From an uncultured Oscillospiraceae bacterium (lineage in GTDB: Bacteria > Bacillota > Clostridia > Saccharofermentanales > DTU023), in the NCBI GenBank assembly GCA_964398655.1, contig CAYNNG010000002.1:17449-81448 (forward strand): 64,000 nucleotides of DNA, read 5' to 3'. Below are positions 51,999 through 61,675 of this stretch, in pieces. Both the position numbers and the translations under genes were made by a program. Under the pieces are notes generated by a model that searched no databases, was not told where the DNA came from, and saw only the letters and a list, made by a program, of their open reading frames with translations. Position 1 is the first letter of the stretch. Each line of letters starts with the position of its first letter.

Positions 51999-52295
51999 AT
52001 GTTAGATTTCCAAGTTTCTCAGAACCATACCTCCAGCTCCGCGAGTCAGGATTCTCCTGCCCCTCTGGAGAGTTTATCCTACGAGGAAGCGATCTTGGAG
52101 CTTGAACAAATTGTTAAGCGCCTGGAAAAGGGCGAGGCGAAATTAGAGGAATCGGCTCAGCTTTACGAGCGAGGTTTAGCCCTGGCTAAATACTGTTCAG
52201 GTATCCTGCAGGACATGGAAGAACGGGTGAGCCAACTCAACTTGACGCCAGAAGGGGAGATCACGGAGCAAGACTTTAAGCTAGGAGCTGAATAA
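51999..52295 (+). CDS. xseB: Exodeoxyribonuclease VII small subunit, with an N-terminal Ser-rich extension
   Basis: The sequence LSYEEAILELEQIVKRLEKGEAKLEESAQLYERGLALAKYC is the XseB core. The SD AAGGAG lies 7 nt upstream. Confidence 0.85.
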   Translation: MLDFQVSQNHTSSSASQDSPAPLESLSYEEAILELEQIVKRLEKGEAKLEESAQLYERGLALAKYCSGILQDMEERVSQLNLTPEGEITEQDFKLGAE

Positions 52296-54163
52296 TGCCT
52301 GCTTTTCCCGATATACGCTGTCCCCAAGATATTAAGGCCTATTCCATCCCAGAACTTGAAGAATTGGCGGCTGCCTGCCGGAAGGAGATCATCCAGGCGG
52401 TAGCCCGGAATGGCGGCCATCTGGCCTCAAATTTAGGTACGGTCGAATTAACCCTAGCCCTGGCCAATGTATTCAACTTTGGACCGGAAGGGGATAGGCT
52501 AATCTTTGATGTAGGCCATCAATGTTATACTTGGAAACTTTTGACTGGCCGGGCTGAAGGTTTTGCGCACTTGAGGCAGCAGGATGGACTGGCAGGTTTC
52601 CCCAAGCTTAGTGAGTCTCCCTTTGACTATTACAATGCAGGGCATTCCTCAGATGCAATCTCTATCGCTCTCGGCTACCAGCGGGCTGACCGCATCCAAG
52701 GACGCCAGAGGCAAAATATTGCTCTCATAGGAGACGGCGGCTTAACTGGTGGGGTAAGTTATGAGGCCTTAAATGACGCAGGCCAAAACCAAGATCCCAT
52801 TAAAGTGGTACTAAATGACAACCAGATGTCGATTGACCACAACGTGGGCGGGCTTTCTCAGCATTTAGAGAAACTTCGGGTATCACAGTCTTATCGTAAT
52901 TTAAAGCATAAAGTCAGCGGACGTTTGAGCCCGCAAAGCTTTCTGCGCTTGGGCTTGGATAATATGAAAAAAGCCTTCCGCCTGCGGCTCCACCAAAGTT
53001 CGGCTTTCTTTGAAGCCTTAGGCTTCCGTTATTATGGACCGGTGGACGGACATGACTTTGAAGCCCTCCTGCAGTCACTCAAGGCTTTGCAGGATTCTCC
53101 TCACCCCACCATCCTTCATGTGATCACGCAAAAAGGACGGGGCTATAGCTTTGCGGAGCAGGATCCGGCCTCTTACCATGGTGTAGGGCGTTTTGAGATT
53201 GCGGAGGGCGTAAGCAAACCACAAGGCCCGCAGTATACCTTCTCAGCCTGCTTGTCCCGTAAGTTAGTAGAACTAGGGACTAAGGATGACCGGGTTTGTG
53301 CTATTACCGCAGCCATGGCTCAGGGTACAGGCCTTGCCGATTTCGCCTCAACCTTCCCCGAACGTTTTTTTGATGTAGGCATTTCGGAGCAGCATGCCGC
53401 CAGCCTTGCAGCTGGCTTAGCTTTAGGCGGAATGCGGCCTTTTGCGGCTATCTACTCTACTTTTAGTCAGAGAGCTGTGGACCAGATCCTTCATGACATC
53501 TGCCTGCAAAATCTCGGGGTAACGCTGCTCCTGGACCGGTCCGGCTTGGTCGGCAATGATGGGGAAACCCATCAGGGCCTTTATGATACCGCGATTTTTC
53601 AAGGCTTCCCCAACCTTCAGCTTTTTGCTCCAGCTGACAGTGAGGACTTAAATCTTATTTTAGACTATGCCTTAGAACAAGAAGGTCCTGTCATGGTGCG
53701 ATACCCTAAAGCTCAGGCTAAACCGGATCTTGACCTAGCGGTTGACCGGAGAAATATTCTTGCGGCCAGGCAATTGAGTCAGGGCAAAGACTACACGCTG
53801 CTGGCCTTTGGCAGTCTGGCAGCTGCGGCCCTGTCTGCTAGCAGCACACTGGCGGAACAGGGAGGACCTCAGGGAGAGGTCTTTTCTCTAGTTTGTGGCA
53901 AAGGGGCAGACCTTGCAGCTGTAGAACACTCTTTGGCTAAGACAAAAAACTTAGTTATCGTAGAGGAAGCCCAGGGATCCTATGGCTTTGCGGGGCAGGC
54001 CCTTATTGATTTAGCTTGTCCAGAACTAAATTTTTCTTATAAAATTATTTCTGTACAGGATCCTCTTCGAGGACAGGCGGGGCGGGGCGAGCTCTTACAG
54101 GCTGAAGGCTTGGATGTGCCAGGCTTGACCCGACAGATACAGACTTTTTTTGCAGAAAACTGA
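52295..54163 (+). CDS. dxs: 1-deoxy-D-xylulose-5-phosphate synthase
   Basis: The sequence is ...GGHLASNLGTVELTLAL...DVGHQCYTWKLLTGR...IGDGGLTGG...GISEQHA...DGETHQG. The start overlaps the xseB stop (TAATG). Confidence 0.93.
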   Translation: MPAFPDIRCPQDIKAYSIPELEELAAACRKEIIQAVARNGGHLASNLGTVELTLALANVFNFGPEGDRLIFDVGHQCYTWKLLTGRAEGFAHLRQQDGLAGFPKLSESPFDYYNAGHSSDAISIALGYQRADRIQGRQRQNIALIGDGGLTGGVSYEALNDAGQNQDPIKVVLNDNQMSIDHNVGGLSQHLEKLRVSQSYRNLKHKVSGRLSPQSFLRLGLDNMKKAFRLRLHQSSAFFEALGFRYYGPVDGHDFEALLQSLKALQDSPHPTILHVITQKGRGYSFAEQDPASYHGVGRFEIAEGVSKPQGPQYTFSACLSRKLVELGTKDDRVCAITAAMAQGTGLADFASTFPERFFDVGISEQHAASLAAGLALGGMRPFAAIYSTFSQRAVDQILHDICLQNLGVTLLLDRSGLVGNDGETHQGLYDTAIFQGFPNLQLFAPADSEDLNLILDYALEQEGPVMVRYPKAQAKPDLDLAVDRRNILAARQLSQGKDYTLLAFGSLAAAALSASSTLAEQGGPQGEVFSLVCGKGADLAAVEHSLAKTKNLVIVEEAQGSYGFAGQALIDLACPELNFSYKIISVQDPLRGQAGRGELLQAEGLDVPGLTRQIQTFFAEN

Positions 54164-54174
54164 GAGGTGTTTCC

Positions 54175-54987
54175 ATGTTAGTAGGCCTCTATGCTAATCC
54201 CCAGCGTGATCGTGATTTCCGCTACCGCAGTCAACTCTCTGCGCTCTTTAAGGCCCGAGGGATTGAGGTAGTTACAGATCCTGCGGACTTTGAGCCTGCA
54301 GACCTGCTTGTTTCCCTGGGTGGAGATGGAACTTTTCTCACCCTAGCACACTTAGAGACCGCCTACGGTAAACCTTGTGTAGGGGTAAATTTAGGCTCTG
54401 TGGGTTTTTTGACCGAAATTGAGCCGGATAATTTGGCCCAGGCTGTGGACCAAATCTGCCAGGGGCAATATGAACTGGACGAAAGACTCATGCTGTCTAT
54501 GCAAGTTTTAGATGACCAGGGCAAGGTTTTGCAAACACGGGAGGCCCTGAATGATGTAGTCATCATGCGGCTGGCGGGGGGAAGGATCGTAACCGTGGAC
54601 TTCTGGATTAATTCCAGTCCCGTAGAGCGTATTCCCGGCGATGGACTGATTATCTCTACCCCTACAGGTTCTACCGCTTATTCTTTAGCAGCTGGCGGCC
54701 CTATAGTGCACCCCGGCATGGATGTAATTTTAATCACACCAATTTGTCCTCATACTCTGCATAATCGGAGCTATTTAGCACCAGGAGATGCTACAATTGA
54801 GCTTAGATTAAGTGACGATTGTTCTTCCGCCATGGTTTCGGCCGATGGAAAGCAATCGATTAAAATTGAGCAAGGTACAATAAAAATACAAAAATCACGC
54901 AGGACTTTCAAAATCCTCCGCCTGGGAGGAGATCGTTTTTACCAGGTCCTGCCTCAGAAGATCCAAGAAAGGGGAATGCTCAGATGA
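54175..54987 (+). CDS. nadK: NAD kinase
   Basis: The motifs are DLLVSLGGDGTFL, NLGSVGFL, NDVVI, DGLIISTPTGSTAYSLAAGGPIV and ITPICPH. Confidence 0.92.
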   Translation: MLVGLYANPQRDRDFRYRSQLSALFKARGIEVVTDPADFEPADLLVSLGGDGTFLTLAHLETAYGKPCVGVNLGSVGFLTEIEPDNLAQAVDQICQGQYELDERLMLSMQVLDDQGKVLQTREALNDVVIMRLAGGRIVTVDFWINSSPVERIPGDGLIISTPTGSTAYSLAAGGPIVHPGMDVILITPICPHTLHNRSYLAPGDATIELRLSDDCSSAMVSADGKQSIKIEQGTIKIQKSRRTFKILRLGGDRFYQVLPQKIQERGMLR

Positions 54988-55466
54988 GAAATGCTAAGAA
55001 TCCACGTCAATCCCGCATCCTTCAAATTGTGAAGAGCCAAAACATTTCTACCCAAGGCGACCTGGTAGAAGCCCTGAAAGAAGCTGGTATGCATGTCACG
55101 CAGGCTACGGTTTCCCGGGATATCAAAGAACTGGGTATCATCAAGGTTACCACTGCAAGTGGTGAGCTCAAATATGTGCCCATGGCCCAAACCGGTGAAG
55201 GGGCTTCTGGCCGTTTCATGAAGGTCTTCCGCGAAGCGGTTACCTCGATTCATACCGCGGACGCGCTGGTCATTATTCAGACCCTGCCGGGTATGGCCCA
55301 AGCGGCTGCTTCGGCCTTGGACTCCATGCACTTGGAGTCTCTCATTGGCACCATTGCGGGTGATGACACCATTTTCGTGGCTACTCCCAGCAAGGAAGAT
55401 GCCGATGAAATGAAAGACCATCTGGTTACCGTTTCGCAGATTGACCCAGAGCTGCCCGGTCATTAA
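54984..55466 (+). CDS. argR: Arginine repressor ArgR/AhrC
   Basis: The sequence is RQSRILQIVKSQNISTQGDLVEALKEAGMHVTQATVSRDIKELG...GTIAGDDTIFV. Confidence 0.9.
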   Translation: MRNAKNPRQSRILQIVKSQNISTQGDLVEALKEAGMHVTQATVSRDIKELGIIKVTTASGELKYVPMAQTGEGASGRFMKVFREAVTSIHTADALVIIQTLPGMAQAAASALDSMHLESLIGTIAGDDTIFVATPSKEDADEMKDHLVTVSQIDPELPGH

Positions 55467-55468
55467 AG

Positions 55469-57181
55469 ATGGGAATGCTCCTAGAGCTCACGATCTGTAA
55501 TTTTGCCCTCATTCCAGAGTTGGCAGTCCGCCTGGATGAGGGCTTGACTATTATTTCTGGGGAAACAGGGGCGGGCAAATCTGTTTTTTTGGATGCTTTG
55601 GCCTTTATTGGCGGCCAAAGAGCTAGCCGAGAGTTGGTGCGTAAACCTGCGGATAAGGCTCAAGTCTACGCCTTATTTCAAGATGTCTTCGACCTACTGC
55701 CCGCAGATTTACTTTCCCGGCTAGACTTGGGCGAGGACGATCTCTCAGGACGAGAGCTTCTGCTCTATCGTGAAATCGATAGTAAGGGCCGGTCCGTGGC
55801 TAAGGTTAATGGCCGCCCGGTTACCATTGCTCTGCTGCGGGAACTGGGAAACTGTCTCTTTAACTTACATGCGCAAAATGAGCAGATCTCCCTTTTTGAT
55901 CCTCACAAACAAGCCCAAATCTTGGATGCCTACTGTCCAGAACCCTTAGCAGCCTATAAGTCTGAATGGACTGCTTTGCGCGACCAGCGCATTCGGCAAC
56001 TTAAGGCGCTGAAGGAATTGGGCCTTAATCCCCAAGAGCGAGACCGTAAGTTAGATCTTCTTGACTATCAAATCCAAGAGATTGGCGCGGGCTTTATGAG
56101 TAAGGAAGACTTGCAGGAATTGGAGGCTAGCTTTCAAGAGCTCAACGAGCTGGATCGGATACAGTCCTATACCATTGAAAGCTTACAGGTCCTAGATCCT
56201 GACCAGGAGCATAGCGCGACCAGCCTCCTGTCCCGTGCCCTAGCTTCATTGCAGAAGGCGGAGAAGTTTTCTCCTCATCTTGCGCAAATCAATCAAGAAC
56301 TGCAAAGGTTAAATGACGACCTGCACGAGCAAACACGAGAGCTCAAGGTCTTCTTACAGGATTTAGCGGCTAAGTCTGCCGAAAGTCAGGAGATCAAGGA
56401 CCGCATGGAGGCTTGGGACCGCCTGGATCAGAAATATGGTCCCGGCTGGGATAATGTGGCCGGCTACTACAAACAAGCTCAGGAAGATTATGCCTTTACC
56501 CGGGACTCGGAAAGTCATTTTCAGCAGCTGCGCAGTGAGTTGCAGCAGGGACAAGCCCAGGCCGCAGATTTGGCACAAGCCATGCATGATATTAGGGTAG
56601 AGGCCGGAGCTCGACTTTCAGCTTCTATTAAGGCCGTACTGGCAGAGCTCAAGATGCCGGGGGTGGACTTCCAAGTTCGGGTAGAAATGGCCAGTCCCAG
56701 CGACAAAAACTACTGGGCCCCGGAGGGCCGGGACCGGGTAGAGTTTTTTATCTCGACCAACCAGGGTGAAGAATTGCTGCCCTTGGCCAAAATTGCATCG
56801 GGCGGGGAGGCCTCGCGGATCCTCTTAGCCATTAAATCTATCTTGGCGAATTTGGACAATATCCCTCTCCTGATTTTTGATGAGATTGACGCGGGAATTT
56901 CGGGTGAAGCTGCCCACAAATTAGGTGAAAAGCTCCGGGAATTGGGAGGCCATCATCAGGTGATCGCGGTTACTCATACCGCGCAGATTGCGGCCATGGC
57001 CGACCAGCATTTATATATTTACAAAGAGCTAGAGGGAGACCGGACTGTGACCAAGCTGCAAACCCTGGACTGGAAGGCCAGACAAGCAGAACTGGCAAGG
57101 CTATTAACCGGTTCTTCCAAGGATGAAAAGGCCTTGGCACTTGCGAGTACAATTTTGCAACCCTACAATAGAGATAATTAG
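55469..57181 (+). CDS. recN: DNA repair protein RecN
   Basis: The sequence is MLLELTICNFALI...GLTIISGETGAGKS (Walker A)...ASGGEASRILLA...LIFDEIDAGISG. The start is the ATG at 55469 or 55475. Confidence 0.92.
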   Translation: MGMLLELTICNFALIPELAVRLDEGLTIISGETGAGKSVFLDALAFIGGQRASRELVRKPADKAQVYALFQDVFDLLPADLLSRLDLGEDDLSGRELLLYREIDSKGRSVAKVNGRPVTIALLRELGNCLFNLHAQNEQISLFDPHKQAQILDAYCPEPLAAYKSEWTALRDQRIRQLKALKELGLNPQERDRKLDLLDYQIQEIGAGFMSKEDLQELEASFQELNELDRIQSYTIESLQVLDPDQEHSATSLLSRALASLQKAEKFSPHLAQINQELQRLNDDLHEQTRELKVFLQDLAAKSAESQEIKDRMEAWDRLDQKYGPGWDNVAGYYKQAQEDYAFTRDSESHFQQLRSELQQGQAQAADLAQAMHDIRVEAGARLSASIKAVLAELKMPGVDFQVRVEMASPSDKNYWAPEGRDRVEFFISTNQGEELLPLAKIASGGEASRILLAIKSILANLDNIPLLIFDEIDAGISGEAAHKLGEKLRELGGHHQVIAVTHTAQIAAMADQHLYIYKELEGDRTVTKLQTLDWKARQAELARLLTGSSKDEKALALASTILQPYNRDN

Positions 57182-57199
57182 ATTTCTCAGGAGGAAAAC

Positions 57200-58723
57200 A
57201 TGGGAAGTATTCTAGCTCTGAACGGTCACGATTTAACAATTGAAGATATCGTGGCCGTTAGTCGTCATGGCCAAAAAGTGGCCATTAGTCCTGATTCGCA
57301 GGAAAAAATCCTGGCTTCTGAAGGTATTGTGGCGGACATCGTTGCTTCTAACGCTCCCGTCTATGGTGTATCTACAGGCTACGGTGAATTTTCTACCGTA
57401 CGTATTAGCGAGGAAGAGAATAAGGCCCTCCAGCGCAACCTCATTATGAGCCATGCTTGTGGCGTGGGTGAGGCCTTTAAAGAAGATGAAGTTCGCGCGA
57501 TTATGCTGCTGCGCCTTAATACCCTGTGCTCTGGCTATTCTGGTGTCAGCCATGAGGTTCCTGCCATCTTGGTAGAAATGCTTAATGAGAATATTATCCC
57601 CTATATTCCCAAGAAAGGTTCCCTAGGCGCTTCCGGTGACCTGGCCAACTTAGCCCACATGGCTCTGACCATGCTGGGAGAGGGTGAGGTCATTGAGCAG
57701 GGCAAACGCCGCCCCTCTGCCGAGGTGCTCAAAGAAAAAGGCCTGACCCCTGTAACTTTAAAAGGCAAGGACGGTTTAGCCATTATTAACGGTACTCCGG
57801 TTATGACGGGTTTGGGTGTACTCGCTCTCTATGACGCCGAAAGGCTCCTGCGTGCTGCTAACCAAGGCGCTGCCCTATCTTTTGAGGCCCTCATGGGGAT
57901 TACAGCTGCCTTAGATCCCCGAGTACATGCGGTAAGACCGCATCCCGGACAAATGGCTACCGCTGCCTACCTTTTAAAGATGCTGGAAGGTTCTTCCTCA
58001 GTTAACCAGCGCGAAGGTGATGTCCAGGATGCTTACACTCTGCGCTGCGTACCTCAGGTCCATGGGGCGATTACAGATGCTATAGCTCAGATTCGTCAGG
58101 TCCTGGAGATTGAGATCAATGCGGTTACGGATAACCCCTTGGTTTTCCCAGACAACCATGACGTTATCTCTGGCGGCAACTTCCACGGCGAACCTCTTGC
58201 CCTGCAGTTGGACTTCCTGGCTATTGCGGTAGCGGAGTTGGCTGATATTTCTGAGCGCCGGATTGAGCGTTTGGTTAACCCTCAGCTTAACTATGGTCTG
58301 CCTGCCTTCTTGGTCGAAAAGGGTGGAGTTAACTCTGGCTTTATGATTCCCCAATACACAGCAGCCAGCTTAGTATCAGAAAATAAGATTTTGGCCCATC
58401 CTGCGTCTGTGGACTCTATTCCTTCATCTGCTAATAAAGAAGACCACGTCTCTATGGGCGCGAATGCTGCGCGCAAGGTTGGCGAAATTATTAAAAACGT
58501 CAGAGATGTTCTGGCCATTGAGTGGCTGGTGGCGGCTCAAGCCTGTGACCTGAGAGGGGTTAAGCAATTTGGCAAGGGTACCGGCCAGGTTTATGAAGAA
58601 GTCCGTAAAATCGTAAAATTCTACGAGGAAGACCGGGTGATGTATCCTGATATGCACGCAGTATCGCAGCTCTTGGAAGAAGGCAGCGTACTGGACCGTG
58701 TAGATGCAAAATTGGCTGACTAA
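57200..58723 (+). CDS. hutH: Histidine ammonia-lyase
   Basis: GSLGASGDLANLAHMA is the MIO-forming ASG triad. The full-length 507-aa pattern is HAL-like (VYGVSTGYGEF, RLNTL). Confidence 0.92.
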   Translation: MGSILALNGHDLTIEDIVAVSRHGQKVAISPDSQEKILASEGIVADIVASNAPVYGVSTGYGEFSTVRISEEENKALQRNLIMSHACGVGEAFKEDEVRAIMLLRLNTLCSGYSGVSHEVPAILVEMLNENIIPYIPKKGSLGASGDLANLAHMALTMLGEGEVIEQGKRRPSAEVLKEKGLTPVTLKGKDGLAIINGTPVMTGLGVLALYDAERLLRAANQGAALSFEALMGITAALDPRVHAVRPHPGQMATAAYLLKMLEGSSSVNQREGDVQDAYTLRCVPQVHGAITDAIAQIRQVLEIEINAVTDNPLVFPDNHDVISGGNFHGEPLALQLDFLAIAVAELADISERRIERLVNPQLNYGLPAFLVEKGGVNSGFMIPQYTAASLVSENKILAHPASVDSIPSSANKEDHVSMGANAARKVGEIIKNVRDVLAIEWLVAAQACDLRGVKQFGKGTGQVYEEVRKIVKFYEEDRVMYPDMHAVSQLLEEGSVLDRVDAKLAD

Positions 58724-58789
58724 AAGAATAACTTTTGCGTAGCTTAGGGTATCTCCCCAAGTAAGCCTACGAACTAAGAAAGGTATTAT

Positions 58790-59707
58790 ATGTCTAAAAA
58801 ATTAATTGAATGTGTCCCTAATTTTTCCAACGGCCGCGATCCAGAGGTCCTGCAAAAAATCATGGCTCCCTTCTTTGCCGCTCAGGACGTACAAGTGCTG
58901 GACTATAGTCAAGATAAAGACCATAACCGCGCTGTCGTAACCCTGGTGGGAACTCCGGAAGACCTTGAAGATTCCGTGGTAGAAGCCGTGGGCATTGCAG
59001 CTCAGCTTATTGATCTGCGCAAACACCAGGGTGAACACCCTCGCATGGGAGCGACGGACGTGGTGCCCTTTGTTCCTATTCGGAATGCCAGTGTGCAGGA
59101 CTGCATCGATCTTTCTAAACGTGTAGGGGAGAGGATTGCTAAAGAACATCACATCCCCGTTTATCTCTATGAAGAATCTGCTACCGACCCCTCCCGCGTT
59201 AACCTGGCACGTATCCGTAAGGGCCAATTTGAAGGTTTTGCAGAAAAGATCAAAGATCCTGCCTGGAAACCTGACTACGGCGAAGCCGAAATCCATCCCT
59301 CGGCCGGTGTTGTAGCTGTGGGCGCTCGAGAATTTTTGGTGGCCTACAACATTAACCTGGATACGGATAAGCTGGAAATTGCCGATGCCATCGCCCGTAA
59401 GGTTCGCCACATCGGCGGCGGCTTTAGGTATGTTAAGGGAATGGGCGTTGAACTTTCCGACCGCAAGCAGGTGCAGGTTTCCATGAACCTCACCAACTTC
59501 CATAAGTCGCATATTTACCAAGTATTTGAGACCGTCAAAATGGAAGCCCGCCGCTATGGGGTAAACGTGGTAGGGTCTGAGATCATTGGACTTGTGCCTC
59601 TGGCTGCTCTTGTGGATACCGCTAGTTATTACCTGCAACTGGAAGACTTTGGCCAAGACCAAGTGATTGAAGCCCGGCTGTTGGGAGATAGCTCTAATGA
59701 AGAATAA
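58790..59707 (+). CDS. Glutamate formimidoyltransferase (FtcD N-terminal-type, stand-alone)
   Basis: The sequence is LIECVPNFSNGRD...DKDHNRAVVTLVG...HPRMGATDVVPFVP...GAREFLVAYNINL. Confidence 0.9.
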   Translation: MSKKLIECVPNFSNGRDPEVLQKIMAPFFAAQDVQVLDYSQDKDHNRAVVTLVGTPEDLEDSVVEAVGIAAQLIDLRKHQGEHPRMGATDVVPFVPIRNASVQDCIDLSKRVGERIAKEHHIPVYLYEESATDPSRVNLARIRKGQFEGFAEKIKDPAWKPDYGEAEIHPSAGVVAVGAREFLVAYNINLDTDKLEIADAIARKVRHIGGGFRYVKGMGVELSDRKQVQVSMNLTNFHKSHIYQVFETVKMEARRYGVNVVGSEIIGLVPLAALVDTASYYLQLEDFGQDQVIEARLLGDSSNEE

Positions 59708-60956
59708 GCAAATCTTACTTTCACACTCTATCTATACGGCGGTAGATGGCCAAGAACTGCTTGATGGCTATCTCATTATTGAAGATGGACGGATCGCTAA
59801 ATTGGCGGCTGGTGAGCCCTCTGCTGCTGAATTGCAGGAGGCCCAAATATATGATTTTCGTGGCCTGACGGTTACGCCAGGCCTTGTGGATGCCCATACC
59901 CACTTGGTTCATGGTGGTTCCCGGGAAAGAGAGCTGGCCCTTAAGCTCGCTGGGGCTTCCTACATGGAAATTCACCAAGAGGGTGGCATTAAGTCCACCA
60001 TGCGGGCTACGCGAGAGGCAACGGATGAGGAACTTCTAGACAAAGCCCTCACGGCCCTGTCTTCTATGCTCAAGCATGGCACGACTACGGTTGAAGCCAA
60101 GTCTGGCTATGGACTGGATAAAGACACAGAGCTCCGTATTTTGCGGATTAATCAGAAGCTAAATAAGCTGCAAGCCTTAGATTTGGTTTCTACCTATATG
60201 GGTGCTCACGACACGCCTCCGGAATTTGCGGACAATGCTTCTTATATCAAATTTATGCTGGAAGAAGTTATGCCTCAGGTGAAAGAGGAAAATCTGGCTG
60301 AATTCTGTGACATCTTCTGCGAAGAGGGTATCTTCTCTCTTGAGGAAACACGAGAGATTGGTGAGGCCGCTAAGAAATTGGGCTTCAAGCTAAAAATTCA
60401 TGCCGATGAAATTGAGCCCATGGGTGGCGCAGGTTTAGCGGCCGACCTTGGTGCAGTTTCTTCTGAGCACCTCATGGCGATTGCGGAGTCTGATATCCCC
60501 AAAATGGCGGAGTCCGGTACAGTGGCTGTGCTTTTACCCGCGACTAGCTTCTTCCTGCGTTCTGATAATTTTGCCCCGGCTAAAAAAATGTGGGAGCAGG
60601 GGGTTACGGTAGCCATCGCATCCGATTACAACCCTGGTTCTTCTCCTTGTGAAAACTTACAAATGGCCATGGATATGGCATGCTTGGGTATGGGTCTAGA
60701 ACCCTTGCAAGTCTTAAAGGGCGTTACCCTGAATGCGGCCAAGGCTATTTGCCGGGACCAAGAAATTGGTAGCCTGGAAGTTGGTAAAAAAGCCGATTTA
60801 ACCATCTTTAATGCTCCCAACCCAGACTATATCTTCTACCATTTTGGCGTAAACAGCGTGGTTCATGTGTTCAAATCTGGCCAGCAAGTCTTACGTGGCG
60901 GACAAGTTGACCAAGCCGCCTTGCAGCGGGTTATCCGCGCGAAAAGCCAAAACTAA
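59697..60956 (+). CDS. hutI: Imidazolonepropionase
   Basis: The sequence is ...TPGLVDAHTHLVHGGSRE...EAKSGYGL...KIHADE...SSEHL...ASDYNPGS. I chose the ATG at 59697, which overlaps the upstream stop (ATGAAGAATAA), over 59667. Confidence 0.9.
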   Translation: MKNKQILLSHSIYTAVDGQELLDGYLIIEDGRIAKLAAGEPSAAELQEAQIYDFRGLTVTPGLVDAHTHLVHGGSRERELALKLAGASYMEIHQEGGIKSTMRATREATDEELLDKALTALSSMLKHGTTTVEAKSGYGLDKDTELRILRINQKLNKLQALDLVSTYMGAHDTPPEFADNASYIKFMLEEVMPQVKEENLAEFCDIFCEEGIFSLEETREIGEAAKKLGFKLKIHADEIEPMGGAGLAADLGAVSSEHLMAIAESDIPKMAESGTVAVLLPATSFFLRSDNFAPAKKMWEQGVTVAIASDYNPGSSPCENLQMAMDMACLGMGLEPLQVLKGVTLNAAKAICRDQEIGSLEVGKKADLTIFNAPNPDYIFYHFGVNSVVHVFKSGQQVLRGGQVDQAALQRVIRAKSQN

Positions 60957-61014
60957 GCAACTGCCAGCCTAGCTGGAAATCAAAATACGGACCTAGTCCC
61001 CCAATGAGGTACAT

Positions 61015-61662
61015 ATGGAAAAGAAAATGATTGACATGGACTTACGTGAAGTCCTCGCCCTGACCGCAAGTGACGCTCCTGCCCCGGGTGGCGGTGCCAT
61101 CGCTGCCCTGACCGCTGCTCTAGGCGCTGCCCTTGGTCAAATGGTCTTAGCCTTGTCTTATGGCAAGAAGGCTTTTGAGAGCCTGGACGAAGCTACCAAG
61201 GATTCTCTGAAAGAAGAAGACACACAATTGGCCCAGCTCCAGGACCGCCTGTTCAACCTGATGCAGGAAGATACAGATGCATTCACAGGTTACATGGATG
61301 CTCTGCGCAAACCTAAGGAGACGGAAGAAGAAAAACAGGCTCGCCGAGCTGCCCTGGATGAATGTGCTCTGCATTCCATGCGGGTTCCTCTGGAAACAGC
61401 TGAACGTTGCCTGGCGGTCCTGCACTGCCTGCCGCAGATTGCAAAATATGGCAATAAGAACGCTGTTACCGACGCTGGCGTAGCAGCTCTCTTGGCTAAT
61501 GCCGCCTGTGAGGCTGCCCTGCTCAATGTAAAGATTAATCTCCCCACAATTAAGGACGAAGAAATTGCTAGCAAAGCTGCGAAACGTTCCGAAGAGCTGC
61601 TCAAGGCCTGCAAAGACCTAAACGCAGAAGTACTAGAGATAGTTTACGGCAAGCTGGCCTAA
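61015..61662 (+). CDS. Formimidoyltetrahydrofolate cyclodeaminase (FtcD C-terminal-type, stand-alone)
   Basis: SDAPAPGGGAIAALTAALGAALGQMV is the signature of the cyclodeaminase/cyclohydrolase family. The rest is a helical 215-aa protein. Confidence 0.85.
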   Translation: MEKKMIDMDLREVLALTASDAPAPGGGAIAALTAALGAALGQMVLALSYGKKAFESLDEATKDSLKEEDTQLAQLQDRLFNLMQEDTDAFTGYMDALRKPKETEEEKQARRAALDECALHSMRVPLETAERCLAVLHCLPQIAKYGNKNAVTDAGVAALLANAACEAALLNVKINLPTIKDEEIASKAAKRSEELLKACKDLNAEVLEIVYGKLA

Positions 61663-61675
61663 GCGCATTATCTAT

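Noticed and set aside
58802-59662. A 286-aa ORF on the minus strand, the largest unannotated ORF in the track
   Set aside because: It is entirely antisense to the glutamate formimidoyltransferase gene, whose + strand translation has strong family motifs. The antisense product has no recognisable motifs and is a typical shadow ORF.
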